A DNA stretch of 62,801 nucleotides, the filler included, from Folioceros fuciformis (Eukaryota), in NCBI GenBank assembly GCA_049999805.1. It is 3 parts of 3 records of this genome, joined end to end, with 100 filler letters (N's around TTAATTAATTAA, not from the genome) between each part and the next. Parts side by side here need not be neighbours in the genome. Positions count along the whole stretch, not along the records: positions 29,705 to 55,623 come from JBNGIO010006298.1; positions 55,724 to 62,801 come from JBNGIO010006308.1; 1 more part is not named here. One strand, given 5' to 3'. Shown piece after piece: positions 52,632-62,801 of the stretch; position 1 is the stretch's first letter; each line of letters opens with the position of its first letter. The notes beneath the pieces were generated by a model that saw only the letters and a program-made list of their open reading frames with translations, made no database searches and was not told where the DNA came from. A program made the position numbers and the translations under genes.

Positions 52632-53347
52632 AACCAGCCGCACTCAATCTTTGGTCCAACCTCGAAGCGTTCCTCGGGTGGAAAAACGTCATAACACATC
52701 TGGTTGCCTTCAGTTTTGTCGGCTTCAGGAGTACGATGGTCGCGAATCAAACCAACAATATGTGAGTCGTTCACGATACAACGCGCCAATCGCATGTCGT
52801 TCCTTTTCTACTTTACAGGGCCCCATTTCTACAATGTATGACCGCACGTCCATCACATCTGCCTCTCTGACGACCTAATTTATTGAGCGAATTCGTAAAT
52901 CCGGGTTCCGCTGAACGAAAGATCTGAACCCTCTGAACCCAAATTACAGAGAGCCTCTAATCATTCCTGATCACAAGTCAGGGGTGCATGCATATGCATA
53001 TTTTGAACCCGCAAGTTCGAGAGACGCGACGCGTGACAAAACGAGACGCATGGTCAAATCCAAGCATACACCAGATTTGCGAACCGCAGTTCGGATTTGT
53101 TGGATTCCAGTGACATATATACAAGTTTTGGGGAGCCTTCGGCTGCACTTGGAAGTTTTTCACAGATTTGAACTCAGAAGATCTGTCTACCCTGCGGCTA
53201 CCAAAATCCAAAGACAGAATAGGATTCCTAGTTCTCTTCCGATAGGAGCACATCTTCAACCTTCGAAGAACTGTACAGTTGCAGAAACTACAACGGGTGA
53301 ACTAAAGTACCAGCTTTAGTCACATTGTTCTCGCTGATACACAACCT

Positions 53348-55623
53348 CTAGTGTGCAGCTTTGCTTGCTTGATCAGTTCCGTTGCCGTTCGAGTGCATCG
53401 CACTCCCGTTCTCGGCTCCATTGGGAAGACCAGACTTGGTATCCAAAGCGAAGGCAGCGCTGAGCCATCCTCCCTCCTTGGCTTGCTTGACAATGGAGGC
53501 AAATTTTCCTTTCGCCGCAGGAAAATCTAGCGCAAAATCGTCCAGGGCGTCGGTTACTCGATTAAAGCCTTTCAACATCTGGCTAGTGGTTATCAAACCT
53601 TCACTGGAACATTCCTGCAGAAGAGACAACAGACGATCACTCTTCTTCTCCATTGCCATGAGGAGTGCTCTCTTCACAACTTCGTGGTGGAAGGAGGACA
53701 TGCTCAGATCACGGATGCATTGGCATGCCTCCAGAAGCTCCCCGCCAGCCGCAAATTCCTCGAGCAGCTTGATGATCTTGTCTCGGGCATCCTCAACGAC
53801 CCGCCCAGTCCCTCCACCCCAGCATCGCAGAACCCGCTCCCCTGCATGACGGGCCGAGAGTAGTGCACGCGCAGTGTGCACAATTTCCCTACCAAGACTC
53901 TTCCCCTCTAGTTGCTCATCGATATCTGCAAGATCCAGGGGGGCCAGTACGTCATCCACAACGGCCCTTGCCAAGAACAAGGCCAACTGGTTGGCAGCAT
54001 CAGGAATATCCAACGCAGTGTCCTCTGCTGACTCGAGCAACAGAATGAAGCCTCTGCGAATTTGTTCCACAGGAATTACTTCCGCGTACAGTGCAGATAC
54101 GAGGACAGAAGCCAGCTCCTTCTCATGGTTCTTTCTGTCCATAGCACGCGTTATCAGCTGCTTGACAAATATGGCATAGAACTCAGGGGCAGCCAGATCT
54201 TCCAGGCTCATGATGACTTCAGCTATGTCCTCCGACAGGAAGTACTCCTGAATAATTGTACTAGCACTCTGCTTGAACTTCCACGCAGCAAGATCCGAAG
54301 ATATCGTCCTAGTAAATGTGTGGCCCAGCCAGCCAGCTTCCTTGGCCTTGGCCACGAGAGATTTAGACACCTCCTTGGCATGAGCAGCATCGACAGGCAA
54401 GTCGCCAACTGCATCCAAAAACCTTGTGAAGCCCTTAGCCATCTGGCTGGAGGTGATCAGACCCTCCTCAGCAGCTTCCTGTAACAAGGAGAAGATACGG
54501 GGCTCCGCCTCACTCTTCTCCACAGCAATGCACAGTGCCTGCTTCACAACCTCGTGGTGGAAAAAGGGCACATCCAAATCACGGATGGATCGGCAAGCTT
54601 CTGCATTGTCCCCGCTCTCGACATACTCACGGAGCACCTGGCTGATGCTGTTCTCCGTCTCCTCCACAGACACATGAGCCGCACCTCCCCCACGTGCAGC
54701 AACGCTCCCATTCCGCTTGACATCCTTAGACTCATGCGATGCAGCAGCAGCAGCAGCAAATGCGGAGCTGAGCCACCCGTCCTCCTTGGCCTTACTCACA
54801 AGCCCCTGCCACATCTCCTGGGCATGAGGGATATCGAGAGCGAGGTCCTCGAGAACATCACTCAGCCTGGTGAACCCCTTGGACATCTGACTGGAAGTAA
54901 TCAAGCCCTCGTCAGCAGTCTCATGCAGCAAAGACAGAATGAGCGGCTCGGCCTTCCTCTTCTCCATGGCCAGAGTCAGCGCTTTCTTCACAACCTCGTG
55001 GTGGAAAAACGGCACATTGAGCTCCCGTATGGAGCGGCAAGCTTCCGCCTTATCTCCGCTCTCGGCGTACTCGCTCAGCAGCTCCCCGATCCGCCTCTTC
55101 ATCTCCTCTACTGTTACATGCGTAGTCCCTCCCCAGCGCCGCTCCACGATCTCTGCATGGTGCGGAGCCATCAAGTACGTCTTGTCCGCCTTGTGGATCA
55201 CCTCCACTCCCAGCGAGCCCTCCGGCAGCACCTTGAGCGCCTTGGACAGAAAAACCGGCGGCAGAATGTCATCCACCACGGAACGAGCCAGAAACAGGGC
55301 CAGAATATCCGCAGCATCGGGAATGTCCAGAGCCAGGTCATCAGCCGACTCCAGCAGCTTGGTGAAGCCCTTGGCGACCTGGTCCGCCTGGATGACGTCC
55401 GCGTACAGCGCCGACAGCAAAACGGACGCCATCTCCTTCTCCCGATCGTGTCTGTCCAGCGCCATGGACACGAGCTTCTTCACAAAATGGTGATGGTAAC
55501 TCGGGGAGCCAAGATCCCGCAACCCCGCCGCCGCCTCCGCGACATCGTCTGCCACAAAGTACTCCTCCACGATCGTCACCACTTTCTCCTTGTACTGCTC
55601 CAGAGACTGCGCGATGGGTGCCC
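53348..55623 (-). CDS. MA3-domain translation regulatory factor (PDCD4/MRF/ECIP1-like); 5' end lies in a gap
   Basis: Repeated MA3 motifs: IVEEYF, FVKKLVSMALDRHDREKEMASVLLS, FFHHEVVKKAL and RCWGGGTG. Confidence 0.93.
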
Positions 55624-55899
55624 NNNNNNNNNNNNNNNNNNNNNNNNNNNNNNNNNNNNNNNNNNNNTTAATTAATTAANNNNNNNNNNNNNNNNNNNNN
55701 NNNNNNNNNNNNNNNNNNNNNNNGAGTACACTACGCATGCTGATAGCCTGCAGACAAGGCAGGATCAACTTGAGAAATTACGGGTTGCTGATTTAAAGAC
55801 AATGGCAAAGCAAGAACAAGATATTGATAGCCTCAGGGAGCAGTTGGCTCGCCTGTCGGCTACACCTCTGTAAATTACAAATTGAAACACACAGGCATC

Positions 55900-58800
55900 A
55901 TGGGGTCTAATCCTGATACTGGGTCTGATAGGCTGCAGGAGAAGGATAGATTGACCTCACATAATTTTGATGCCTGGAGCTTCAGGGTGCGTTGCATCCT
56001 AGATGAAAAGCTTTTGATGGACGTGGTTGATGGGACTGTACCAAGGAAAATTGCTGGACAGCCCTCTGGACCTCCCACACCTGGTGGCACGGTACCTACA
56101 TATACCCAGAAGGATGAATTAGAATGGAAGTATAAAGACAGGAAGGCAAGAAATATTCTTGTGGCTTCTGTGTCTCAAGAGATGATACCCCACATTAAGA
56201 TGACGCAGACTTCACACGAGGTTTGGTCATTGCTATCGGACACCTATGATACAAAGGATATGGTAGCAGAGGCTGCAGCAACATTGCAGTATCAAACACT
56301 TCGCATGAAGGAGAGTGACTCCGTCGAGAGCCATGTCTCAAAGTTTAGGGCAGCTAGAGCCAGACTAGCTTCCTGCGGAGTAATCATCTCAGAATCAAGG
56401 GCAGCAGTGCAGCTGTTGCTTTCTCTTCCACCAAGTTATGAATTCTTCAGTTCAAGCCTTCAGACATCAGCCACAGTGACACCTGCCACAGCCACAGCTC
56501 CAGCAACTTCTAATCTTACAGTACAGAAGGTGGTAGGAGCCTTGTTACAATTTGAAGCAAATAGGAAACAAATGAAGGGTACCTCCTCTGCTTCTCATAC
56601 CTCACACAAACAGAGTGATACAGCCTTGTTCACTGGTAGAGGTAGAGGGCGTGGTAGGGGCAGGGGGAGAGGTAGAGGTGGTTTAGGCAGGGGTAGAGGT
56701 CAGACTATGTCATCCTCTTCTCCTCCTGGTCAACCATCCTCAAATTCAACCTCTAAGCCTGGCAATTGCAATTACTGTGGAAAACCAGGTCACTGGGTTA
56801 AAGACTGTAGGAAGAAGGTCAGGGATGAGAGTGCAAAGGGCAAACAGAGTGAAGCCCATACTGCTAGGGCTTCTACTCCAGGCCTGTTGGTTGCATGTCT
56901 CAGTTCTTCCACACAAGGCTATCAGAAATGGTTCCTGGACAGTGGAGCCTCCAATCACATGTGTTCGAAGCGAAAGTCCTTTGTCACATATGAGCCGTCT
57001 CCCACATGCCATCAAACAGCCGTGGTTTTAGGAGACAACTCAACCATTCCTATTAAAGGATCAGGAGACATTCAAATTACTCTGAAGGACGGAAGTTACC
57101 TTCTCTTGGAGAGAGTTCTCCATGTTCCAGCTCTTGCTAAGAACTTGATGAGTACCATGGCACTTGGGAAAACAGGACTCTACAGAATTACCTTTGAAGG
57201 AATCGAATGTCAAATCTCCAGGCTATCAGCACCATCAGAAGTTATTGCTCGAGGGACTCCATTGTTCGACCTGTATTTGTTGGATTTTATTTCAGACGTT
57301 CCACCTGTATCTGCCAATGCTGCAGGAATTAGTACAACAGCTGGGCATTCTAATAATGCCTTTATATGGCACTGCCGTTTGGGACATCCCAACATACAGG
57401 CAATGAGGAGACTTCTTCGAGAGAAGATGGTAACTGGTTTTCATGAGAAGGAACTCCCTGATCTTGAGTTGTGTGTGGCATGTGTGCATGGCAAGCAATT
57501 TAAAGCACACTTTGGTAGTGGGAAACCAAGAAAGGTCACAGAACTCCTTGACCTGATCCACACGGACATCTGTGGGCCCATGTCCGTGAGCTCATGGGGA
57601 GGAGCAAAATACTTTGTCGTGTTTGAAGACGACAAGTCACACTTCACTGTGACAGAGCTCCTTCATCACAAGAGTGATGTGTTCGACAGTTGTAAGCGGT
57701 ACCTTGCATACGCAGAGAGACAGACAGGTTATAAGGTGAAGAGCATTCGTTCTGATAACGGAAAGGAATACTTGTCCACAGCCTTTCAAGAGTACTGCCA
57801 GGAGAGGGGGATAACACGACAACTAACTATCCCCTACCATTCGGACATGAATGGACGAGCGGAGAGGCGTCACAGAACCATACAGGATGCTGCCAGGGCA
57901 CTTCTCTTTCAGGGGAGGCTATCAGTCAGGTTTTGGGCTGAAGCAGTGCAAGTAGCTACATACCTGCAGAATCGTTCTGCTGTCTCTTCACTCCGTGGTT
58001 ATACTCCTTTTGAAGCCTGGACAGGAGTCAAACCTGATCTGTCACATTTGAGAGTCTTTGGAAGCATTGCTTATGCACACATTCCCGATAAACTTCGTCA
58101 CAAGTTTGACTACAAGTCTAGAAGACACATTTTCATTGGGTATACTGCTGGGATACACGGTTATAAGTTGTTTGACCCTGTCACACGCCGAGTGTCTCAT
58201 GCTAGGACTGTTGCATTTGATGAGAGAACTGTCCTTGCACCTCCTGTTCACTCTCCAGGTGATCTCCTTGAATCTGATAGTATTGAGGTCGAAGCTATAC
58301 CTGAAGAGACTAATGTTGAGATTAGTGCAGACGATTTTGTGACTTTTCCTTCATCAGATCCCTCCTTTGTAGATCCCTTAGCAGCAGATCCAAACTTACC
58401 CCATCCACAGCCAATTGTCCCTATTGCACCACCCGTTCCTGATGCTCCCCTTGACCCTCTACCACTTGCTGACCCTCCTCCATCAGCTGATGCAGCACTG
58501 TCTGATGATGACGTTGAGGCTGCCTTGCCTGACGTTGAGCCTACTCATGCTGCTCCTTGGCCTGATGATCCGGTTGAATATGTGATGCCTGTTCCACAAC
58601 CAGAGCCACTTAGGCGGTCAGCTCGTGTGCATAGGTCTCGTGACAACTGGAAGGAACCACCTTACCGCAGTGAAGACTTCAGGACGGTCCCATGCTCTCG
58701 TGGTTCAGCAGCCGATGAAGTGGTAGTCGACATGGTTAACTTGGCTTTTGAACCTGGTCATGAACCACAGAACTATAAGGAAGCTATTAGTGGGCCTGAA

Positions 58801-60366
58801 GCCAAACTTTGGCAAGCTGCTATACAATCCGAGTACGACTCACTGATCCAGAATCAGACCTGGAAGATAGTTCCTCCGCCTCAGGGGAGGAAGATTGTCA
58901 CCTCGAAGTGGGTCTTCAAGTTGAAGTATAAGGCGGATGGCTCTATCTCCAGGTACAAAGCTAGATTAGTTGCTCGTGGCTTCTCCCAGGTTCCTAGCTT
59001 AGATTACCATGACACATTTAGTCCCGTTGTGAAGTCTCAGTCCCTTAGGGTTCTCTTCTCCATGTCAGCATTCTTCGGCCTTTTCATCCACCAGATGGAT
59101 GTCAAGACTGCCCTTTTACATGGGAAGCTAGAGGAGGACATCTTTATGCAGCAACCTGAGGGATATGAGATAGAAGGGAAAGAGGACTGGGTTTGTCAGT
59201 TGCTAAAGACAATCTATGGCTTAAAACAGAGTCCTCGTGCATGGTATGAGTGTATAGATGAGTTCCTCCTAGGTCTAGGCTTCCTTAAGAGTACAGCTGA
59301 CGCCAATGTCTACCTCCTGCAAGAGTCCACAGGTTTTGTCATATTAGCCTTGTATGTAGACGACTGTATACTCTTGGGGACAGATCTGGAGGGGATTACC
59401 AAGGTGAAGGGACTGCTGTCCAGCCGTTTTGAGATGGTAGATGTCGGGGAGTTGTCCTACTGCCTTGGCACACAGCTGTATAGACACCCTGCTAGTGGTA
59501 CACTTGTGATCCATCAGCAAAAATACATACTAGACATGCTATATAAGTACAAACTTGAGGAAGCAAAGACAGCTGTTACACCTCTTGAAACTGGATGCAA
59601 GTTGATAGTGGCACAGTCTCCAGTGACTGCTGATGACAAGCTTGAGATGGAGGCAGTACCCTATGCTCAAGCTGTTGGCTCCCTTATTTATTGTTCCAAC
59701 AATAGCCGACCTGATGTAGCCCTTCCAGTCAGCATGGTTTCACAACACCTCAAAAATCCAGGAAAGACACACTGGTCAGCTGTTAAGCGCATATTGCGAT
59801 ACTTGAAAGGAACGAGTGATCATGGCATACATTACACAAAACAGAGATACGAAGGTGAGGAACTTACACTTGTTGGCTACTGTGACGCCGACTGGGCTGC
59901 AGACCCAGATACAAGAAGATCTATTTCAGCCTATGCTTTCCTACTTGCTGGAGGAGCAGTAACATGGTCTTCGAAGAAACAAACAACTGTGTCTCTTTCA
60001 TCAACAGAGGCGGAATATTCTGCTCTGACACAAGCATCAAAGGAAGCCATATGGCTGCGAAGACTATTGGCAGATCTTGGACAACCACAGAAGGAGCCAA
60101 CCGTAATCTATTGTGATAATCAGTCTGCTCTGGCCTTGGCACAAAACCCAGTATTTCATGCCAGAACAAAGCATGTTGAAGTACATCACCACTTCATACG
60201 GCATGCAGTTGAATCCAAACAGGTTAGGCTGGAGTATGTGCCAACAGATTCAAATGCTGCAGACATACTTACCAAATCTCTGCCCAGGGTGAAGCATTAC
60301 CAATTCAAAGAAGCCTTGGGTGTTTTAGAACCACTTCACACATCAAACGTGTCCCACATGGTGTAA
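55900..60366 (+). CDS. Copia gag-pol polyprotein (Gag-PR-IN-RT-RNase H)
   Basis: CNYCGKPGHWVKDC knuckle, WFLDSGASNHM protease, WHCRLGH, integrase HTDICGP/SDNGKEY/AER, RT KARLVARGF/QMDVKTA/YVDD, and RNase H CDADWA/STEAEY/ADILTK. Confidence 0.97.
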   Translation: MGSNPDTGSDRLQEKDRLTSHNFDAWSFRVRCILDEKLLMDVVDGTVPRKIAGQPSGPPTPGGTVPTYTQKDELEWKYKDRKARNILVASVSQEMIPHIKMTQTSHEVWSLLSDTYDTKDMVAEAAATLQYQTLRMKESDSVESHVSKFRAARARLASCGVIISESRAAVQLLLSLPPSYEFFSSSLQTSATVTPATATAPATSNLTVQKVVGALLQFEANRKQMKGTSSASHTSHKQSDTALFTGRGRGRGRGRGRGRGGLGRGRGQTMSSSSPPGQPSSNSTSKPGNCNYCGKPGHWVKDCRKKVRDESAKGKQSEAHTARASTPGLLVACLSSSTQGYQKWFLDSGASNHMCSKRKSFVTYEPSPTCHQTAVVLGDNSTIPIKGSGDIQITLKDGSYLLLERVLHVPALAKNLMSTMALGKTGLYRITFEGIECQISRLSAPSEVIARGTPLFDLYLLDFISDVPPVSANAAGISTTAGHSNNAFIWHCRLGHPNIQAMRRLLREKMVTGFHEKELPDLELCVACVHGKQFKAHFGSGKPRKVTELLDLIHTDICGPMSVSSWGGAKYFVVFEDDKSHFTVTELLHHKSDVFDSCKRYLAYAERQTGYKVKSIRSDNGKEYLSTAFQEYCQERGITRQLTIPYHSDMNGRAERRHRTIQDAARALLFQGRLSVRFWAEAVQVATYLQNRSAVSSLRGYTPFEAWTGVKPDLSHLRVFGSIAYAHIPDKLRHKFDYKSRRHIFIGYTAGIHGYKLFDPVTRRVSHARTVAFDERTVLAPPVHSPGDLLESDSIEVEAIPEETNVEISADDFVTFPSSDPSFVDPLAADPNLPHPQPIVPIAPPVPDAPLDPLPLADPPPSADAALSDDDVEAALPDVEPTHAAPWPDDPVEYVMPVPQPEPLRRSARVHRSRDNWKEPPYRSEDFRTVPCSRGSAADEVVVDMVNLAFEPGHEPQNYKEAISGPEAKLWQAAIQSEYDSLIQNQTWKIVPPPQGRKIVTSKWVFKLKYKADGSISRYKARLVARGFSQVPSLDYHDTFSPVVKSQSLRVLFSMSAFFGLFIHQMDVKTALLHGKLEEDIFMQQPEGYEIEGKEDWVCQLLKTIYGLKQSPRAWYECIDEFLLGLGFLKSTADANVYLLQESTGFVILALYVDDCILLGTDLEGITKVKGLLSSRFEMVDVGELSYCLGTQLYRHPASGTLVIHQQKYILDMLYKYKLEEAKTAVTPLETGCKLIVAQSPVTADDKLEMEAVPYAQAVGSLIYCSNNSRPDVALPVSMVSQHLKNPGKTHWSAVKRILRYLKGTSDHGIHYTKQRYEGEELTLVGYCDADWAADPDTRRSISAYAFLLAGGAVTWSSKKQTTVSLSSTEAEYSALTQASKEAIWLRRLLADLGQPQKEPTVIYCDNQSALALAQNPVFHARTKHVEVHHHFIRHAVESKQVRLEYVPTDSNAADILTKSLPRVKHYQFKEALGVLEPLHTSNVSHMV

Positions 60367-60607
60367 GAGAGTCTGTCCGAGGGGTGTTCTAGGTAGGTAA
60401 GGCGAAGTGAATCTAGCACTAGATCCTACCTATGAGATTAACTTCAGGAGTGATCAGAATTCTTCAGAACCATCCGAGGAAGAGGGGGACAGAGCCCGTG
60501 ACTTTCCTTCCCTGCTCATCTCCTGTAGACCGACAAAGTTTGGATCAAGCTTGGGTCAAAGTCAGGACTGTCTTCTGCAGTCTCATCCTCGTTTTCGTCC
60601 ATCCAGA

Positions 60608-61353
60608 TCACACCACCACACTTCTCTGCCATTCTCTCCTGAGACACTGACAATGACACGTAGTGCATGCGTTAACAGCAGGTCGAACCACATCAACAGT
60701 GGGCATACGAACCTGACATGCTGTATACTTACCATAGTATGAGACGAAGTTGCCACCTTGACCTCCCCATCGCCACCAATTTTGTCTGAACATGGTAACC
60801 TTAGAGGTAGGACAGATGTAAACCTCTGGTGTCATAGGATCATTAGCACCGTCTCCGTCTGTTATCACTCTCCGCATCTTGAACAGGTGCCCAACAGGCA
60901 AGGTGAAGTCTCTGGGCTGATAGTTCTCAGGGATCACGACAGTGTCCAAACCTTCCGTGAGTTTTTCAGTTCTAGTTTTGACACTTCTGAAGTCGTAAGT
61001 AGCAGGACGCCGTGAGGATGAAGCCATGGCCTGCTTCAAAGCTTTGATTTCCTGCACCAGTTTGGCCTCTCTCTCTCATTTGCTTCTATGAGACATCTCT
61101 GATAGTGTCTGGCTGCACCCCTGTCCGTCATCTTTCCTATGGTCTCCCTAGGGTGCACAGGACATGGAGGAGCATCGTCAGAACATCTGCAAAGTTTGCG
61201 ACGAAGAGCAGCAGTACCGGGAGATTCCGCAGTCTTTACTGGAGAAGGCATCTCGTCCAAGGCCCTCAGGGTTTTCTGCGCTCCATCGAGGATTGTCTGT
61301 ACGTCCTCTTCGGCAGCTGAAAGGTCGATGGGTGCAGACTTGGAGCCAGACAT
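60608..61353 (-). CDS. Antisense ORF in the copia 3' region, about 248 aa, split by a frameshift in a (GA)n run near 61070
   Basis: The ORFs 61353-61036 and 61057-60608 join as ...EANEREAKLVQEIKALKQAM... if one GA is removed. Confidence 0.55.
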
Positions 61354-61533
61354 CGCGAGCTGTAGGAGCGTGTCCAACACAGTCTCTGAAGCTGGAAGTG
61401 TTTTGCAAAGTAAGCATCAGACTGACGAGAAGCTGAGTATCTGTTTGCGAGAGGCATTCACACCCTACAGCTTTTGGCAATTTATCTGGTTTAATCGTCT
61501 TGCTAAATTGACTGTATATACAATGGGAGGGGG

Positions 61534-61735
61534 TGTTAGAAATAATGGTTAATTATTAGTACATTGTAATATACATAGGGTTTTCGATTAGGGCACTCTT
61601 AAGGTAGTTTACAGTTATAACCGTTTCACAAGACAAGGACTTCATATCTGTGACTTCTATTGACATTGATATATTCTCACTCGCAAGTTCATCTGAACAT
61701 AGCCATCTGGCTGCCTGATCTCCACAAAGCGAACA
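61534..61735 (+). repeat. Copia LTR, 202 bp, shared by both copies
   Basis: TGTT...AACA termini, with the PPT directly 5' and the PBS TGGTATCAGAGCC directly 3'. Confidence 0.93.
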
Positions 61736-61748
61736 TGGTATCAGAGCC
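61736..61748 (+). promoter_or_regulatory. Primer binding site (tRNA-iMet)
   Basis: TGGTATCAGAGCC immediately follows the LTR. Confidence 0.93.
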
Positions 61749-61804
61749 ATGTGCCTGTACCTTGCTTGCTTCAGAAAGCTGGAACCCAGCTGTGTATAGG
61801 CAGG

Positions 61805-62317
61805 ATGCCTCGCAGAAATCATCTTAGGCAACTTTGGCCTGAGCCTGATAAGGAGACATTCAGACAGTCCTTTCAGACCGCATTTGAGAGAAAACATTTC
61901 AAGAAAGGTGCATCCGCTGCAGAAAAGATTGAACGATCACGTTTTCTCAACGCCTTCCTCAACTCACAATTCCCTGTAGAGGAAGGTCGTGACTCTGATT
62001 CAGAATCTGATCAACCTCAAAGAAGAAGGTCTGTTTGCAAGAATCGGCATATAAAACCAGCATCTTTAAATACCGCACAGTCCAGCAATCCAAGACAGTA
62101 CCCAGAAAGGTTCACAGAACATGATGTTATTCTCAATTCCATCCTGAATGTGAGGAGCACCTTGCTAGAGTACACTACGCATGCTGATAGCCTGCAGACA
62201 AGGCAGGATCAACTTGAGAAATTACGGGTTGCTGATTTAAAGACAATGGCAAAGCAAGAACAAGATATTGATAGCCTCAGGGAGCAGTTGGCTCGCCTGT
62301 CGGCTACACCTCTGTAA
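61805..62317 (+). CDS. Extra sense ORF (170 aa) between the PBS and gag, with a C-terminal coiled coil
   Basis: Open frame from ATG 61805 ending in LQTRQDQLEKL...IDSLREQLARL. The same 3' end is present in copy 1 (55724-55873). Confidence 0.6.
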   Translation: MPRRNHLRQLWPEPDKETFRQSFQTAFERKHFKKGASAAEKIERSRFLNAFLNSQFPVEEGRDSDSESDQPQRRRSVCKNRHIKPASLNTAQSSNPRQYPERFTEHDVILNSILNVRSTLLEYTTHADSLQTRQDQLEKLRVADLKTMAKQEQDIDSLREQLARLSATPL

Positions 62318-62801
62318 ATTACAAATTGAAACACACAGGCATCATGGGGTCTAATCCTGATACTGGGTCTGATAGGCTGCAGGAGAAGGATAGATTGACC
62401 TCACATAATTTTGATGCCTGGAGCTTCAGGGTGCGTTGCATCCTAGATGAAAAGCTTTTGATGGACGTGGTTGATGGGACTGTACCAAGGAAAATTGCTG
62501 GACAGCCCTCTGGACCTCCCACACCTGGTGGCACGGTACCTACATATACCCAGAAGGATGAATTAGAATGGAAGTATAAAGACAGGAAGGCAAGAAATAT
62601 TCTTGTGGCTTCTGTGTCTCAAGAGATGATACCCCACATTAAGATGACGCAGACTTCACACGAGGTTTGGTCATTGCTATCGGACACCTATGATACAAAG
62701 GATATGGTAGCAGAGGCTGCAGCAACATTGCAGTATCAAACACTTCGCATGAAGGAGAGTGACTCCGTCGAGAGCCATGTCTCAAAGTTTAGGGCAGCTA
62801 G

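Larger units (their letters stand above)
55724..61735 (+). mobile_element. Ty1/copia LTR retrotransposon, copy 1 (5' part in a gap)
   Basis: Uninterrupted gag-pol, PPT GGGAGGGGG at 61525-61533, and LTR at 61534-61735. Confidence 0.96.
61534..62801 (+). mobile_element. Ty1/copia copy 2, running off the window; gag ATG at 62344
   Basis: 62168-62801 matches 55724-56357, giving a period of 6444 bp. Confidence 0.93.

Noticed and set aside
54554-55675. Long plus-strand ORFs opposite the MA3 gene (similarly opposite RVB2, NAA25 and the 30 kb gene)
   Set aside because: Antisense shadows of GC-rich coding sequence.

Overview
Eukaryotic, gene-dense land-plant nuclear DNA. Short introns of about 100 bp, plant-type gene families and a kinesin type absent from Arabidopsis suggest a non-seed plant such as a hornwort; this is inference. 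Positions 1-8.4 kb are AT-rich and repeat-rich, with two decayed RLE-type (CRE-clade-like) non-LTR retrotransposons. Positions 8.9-55.6 kb hold mostly housekeeping genes: an OEP40-like gene, two AVT1 transporters, RVB2, NAA25, a conserved plant protein of unknown function, RRP43, TAF7, tRNA-Arg(ACG), a kinesin-3-like motor, a SUT2-type sucrose transporter, a disrupted orphan ORF of about 1040 codons, a disordered multi-exon gene, ATP12 and an MA3/PDCD4-like gene. Positions 55.7-62.8 kb are two head-to-tail Ty1/copia copies that share one 202-bp LTR and carry extra sense and antisense ORFs. The strongest hidden signal is at 23.5-25.6 kb. What looks like a 220-bp satellite upstream of RVB2 reads on the minus strand as a tandem array of box H/ACA snoRNA genes. 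Their 3' pocket matches the 25S rRNA sequence AGACAGGU-U-A-GUUU, the yeast Psi2975 site. All calls come from reading the sequence; no searches were run.
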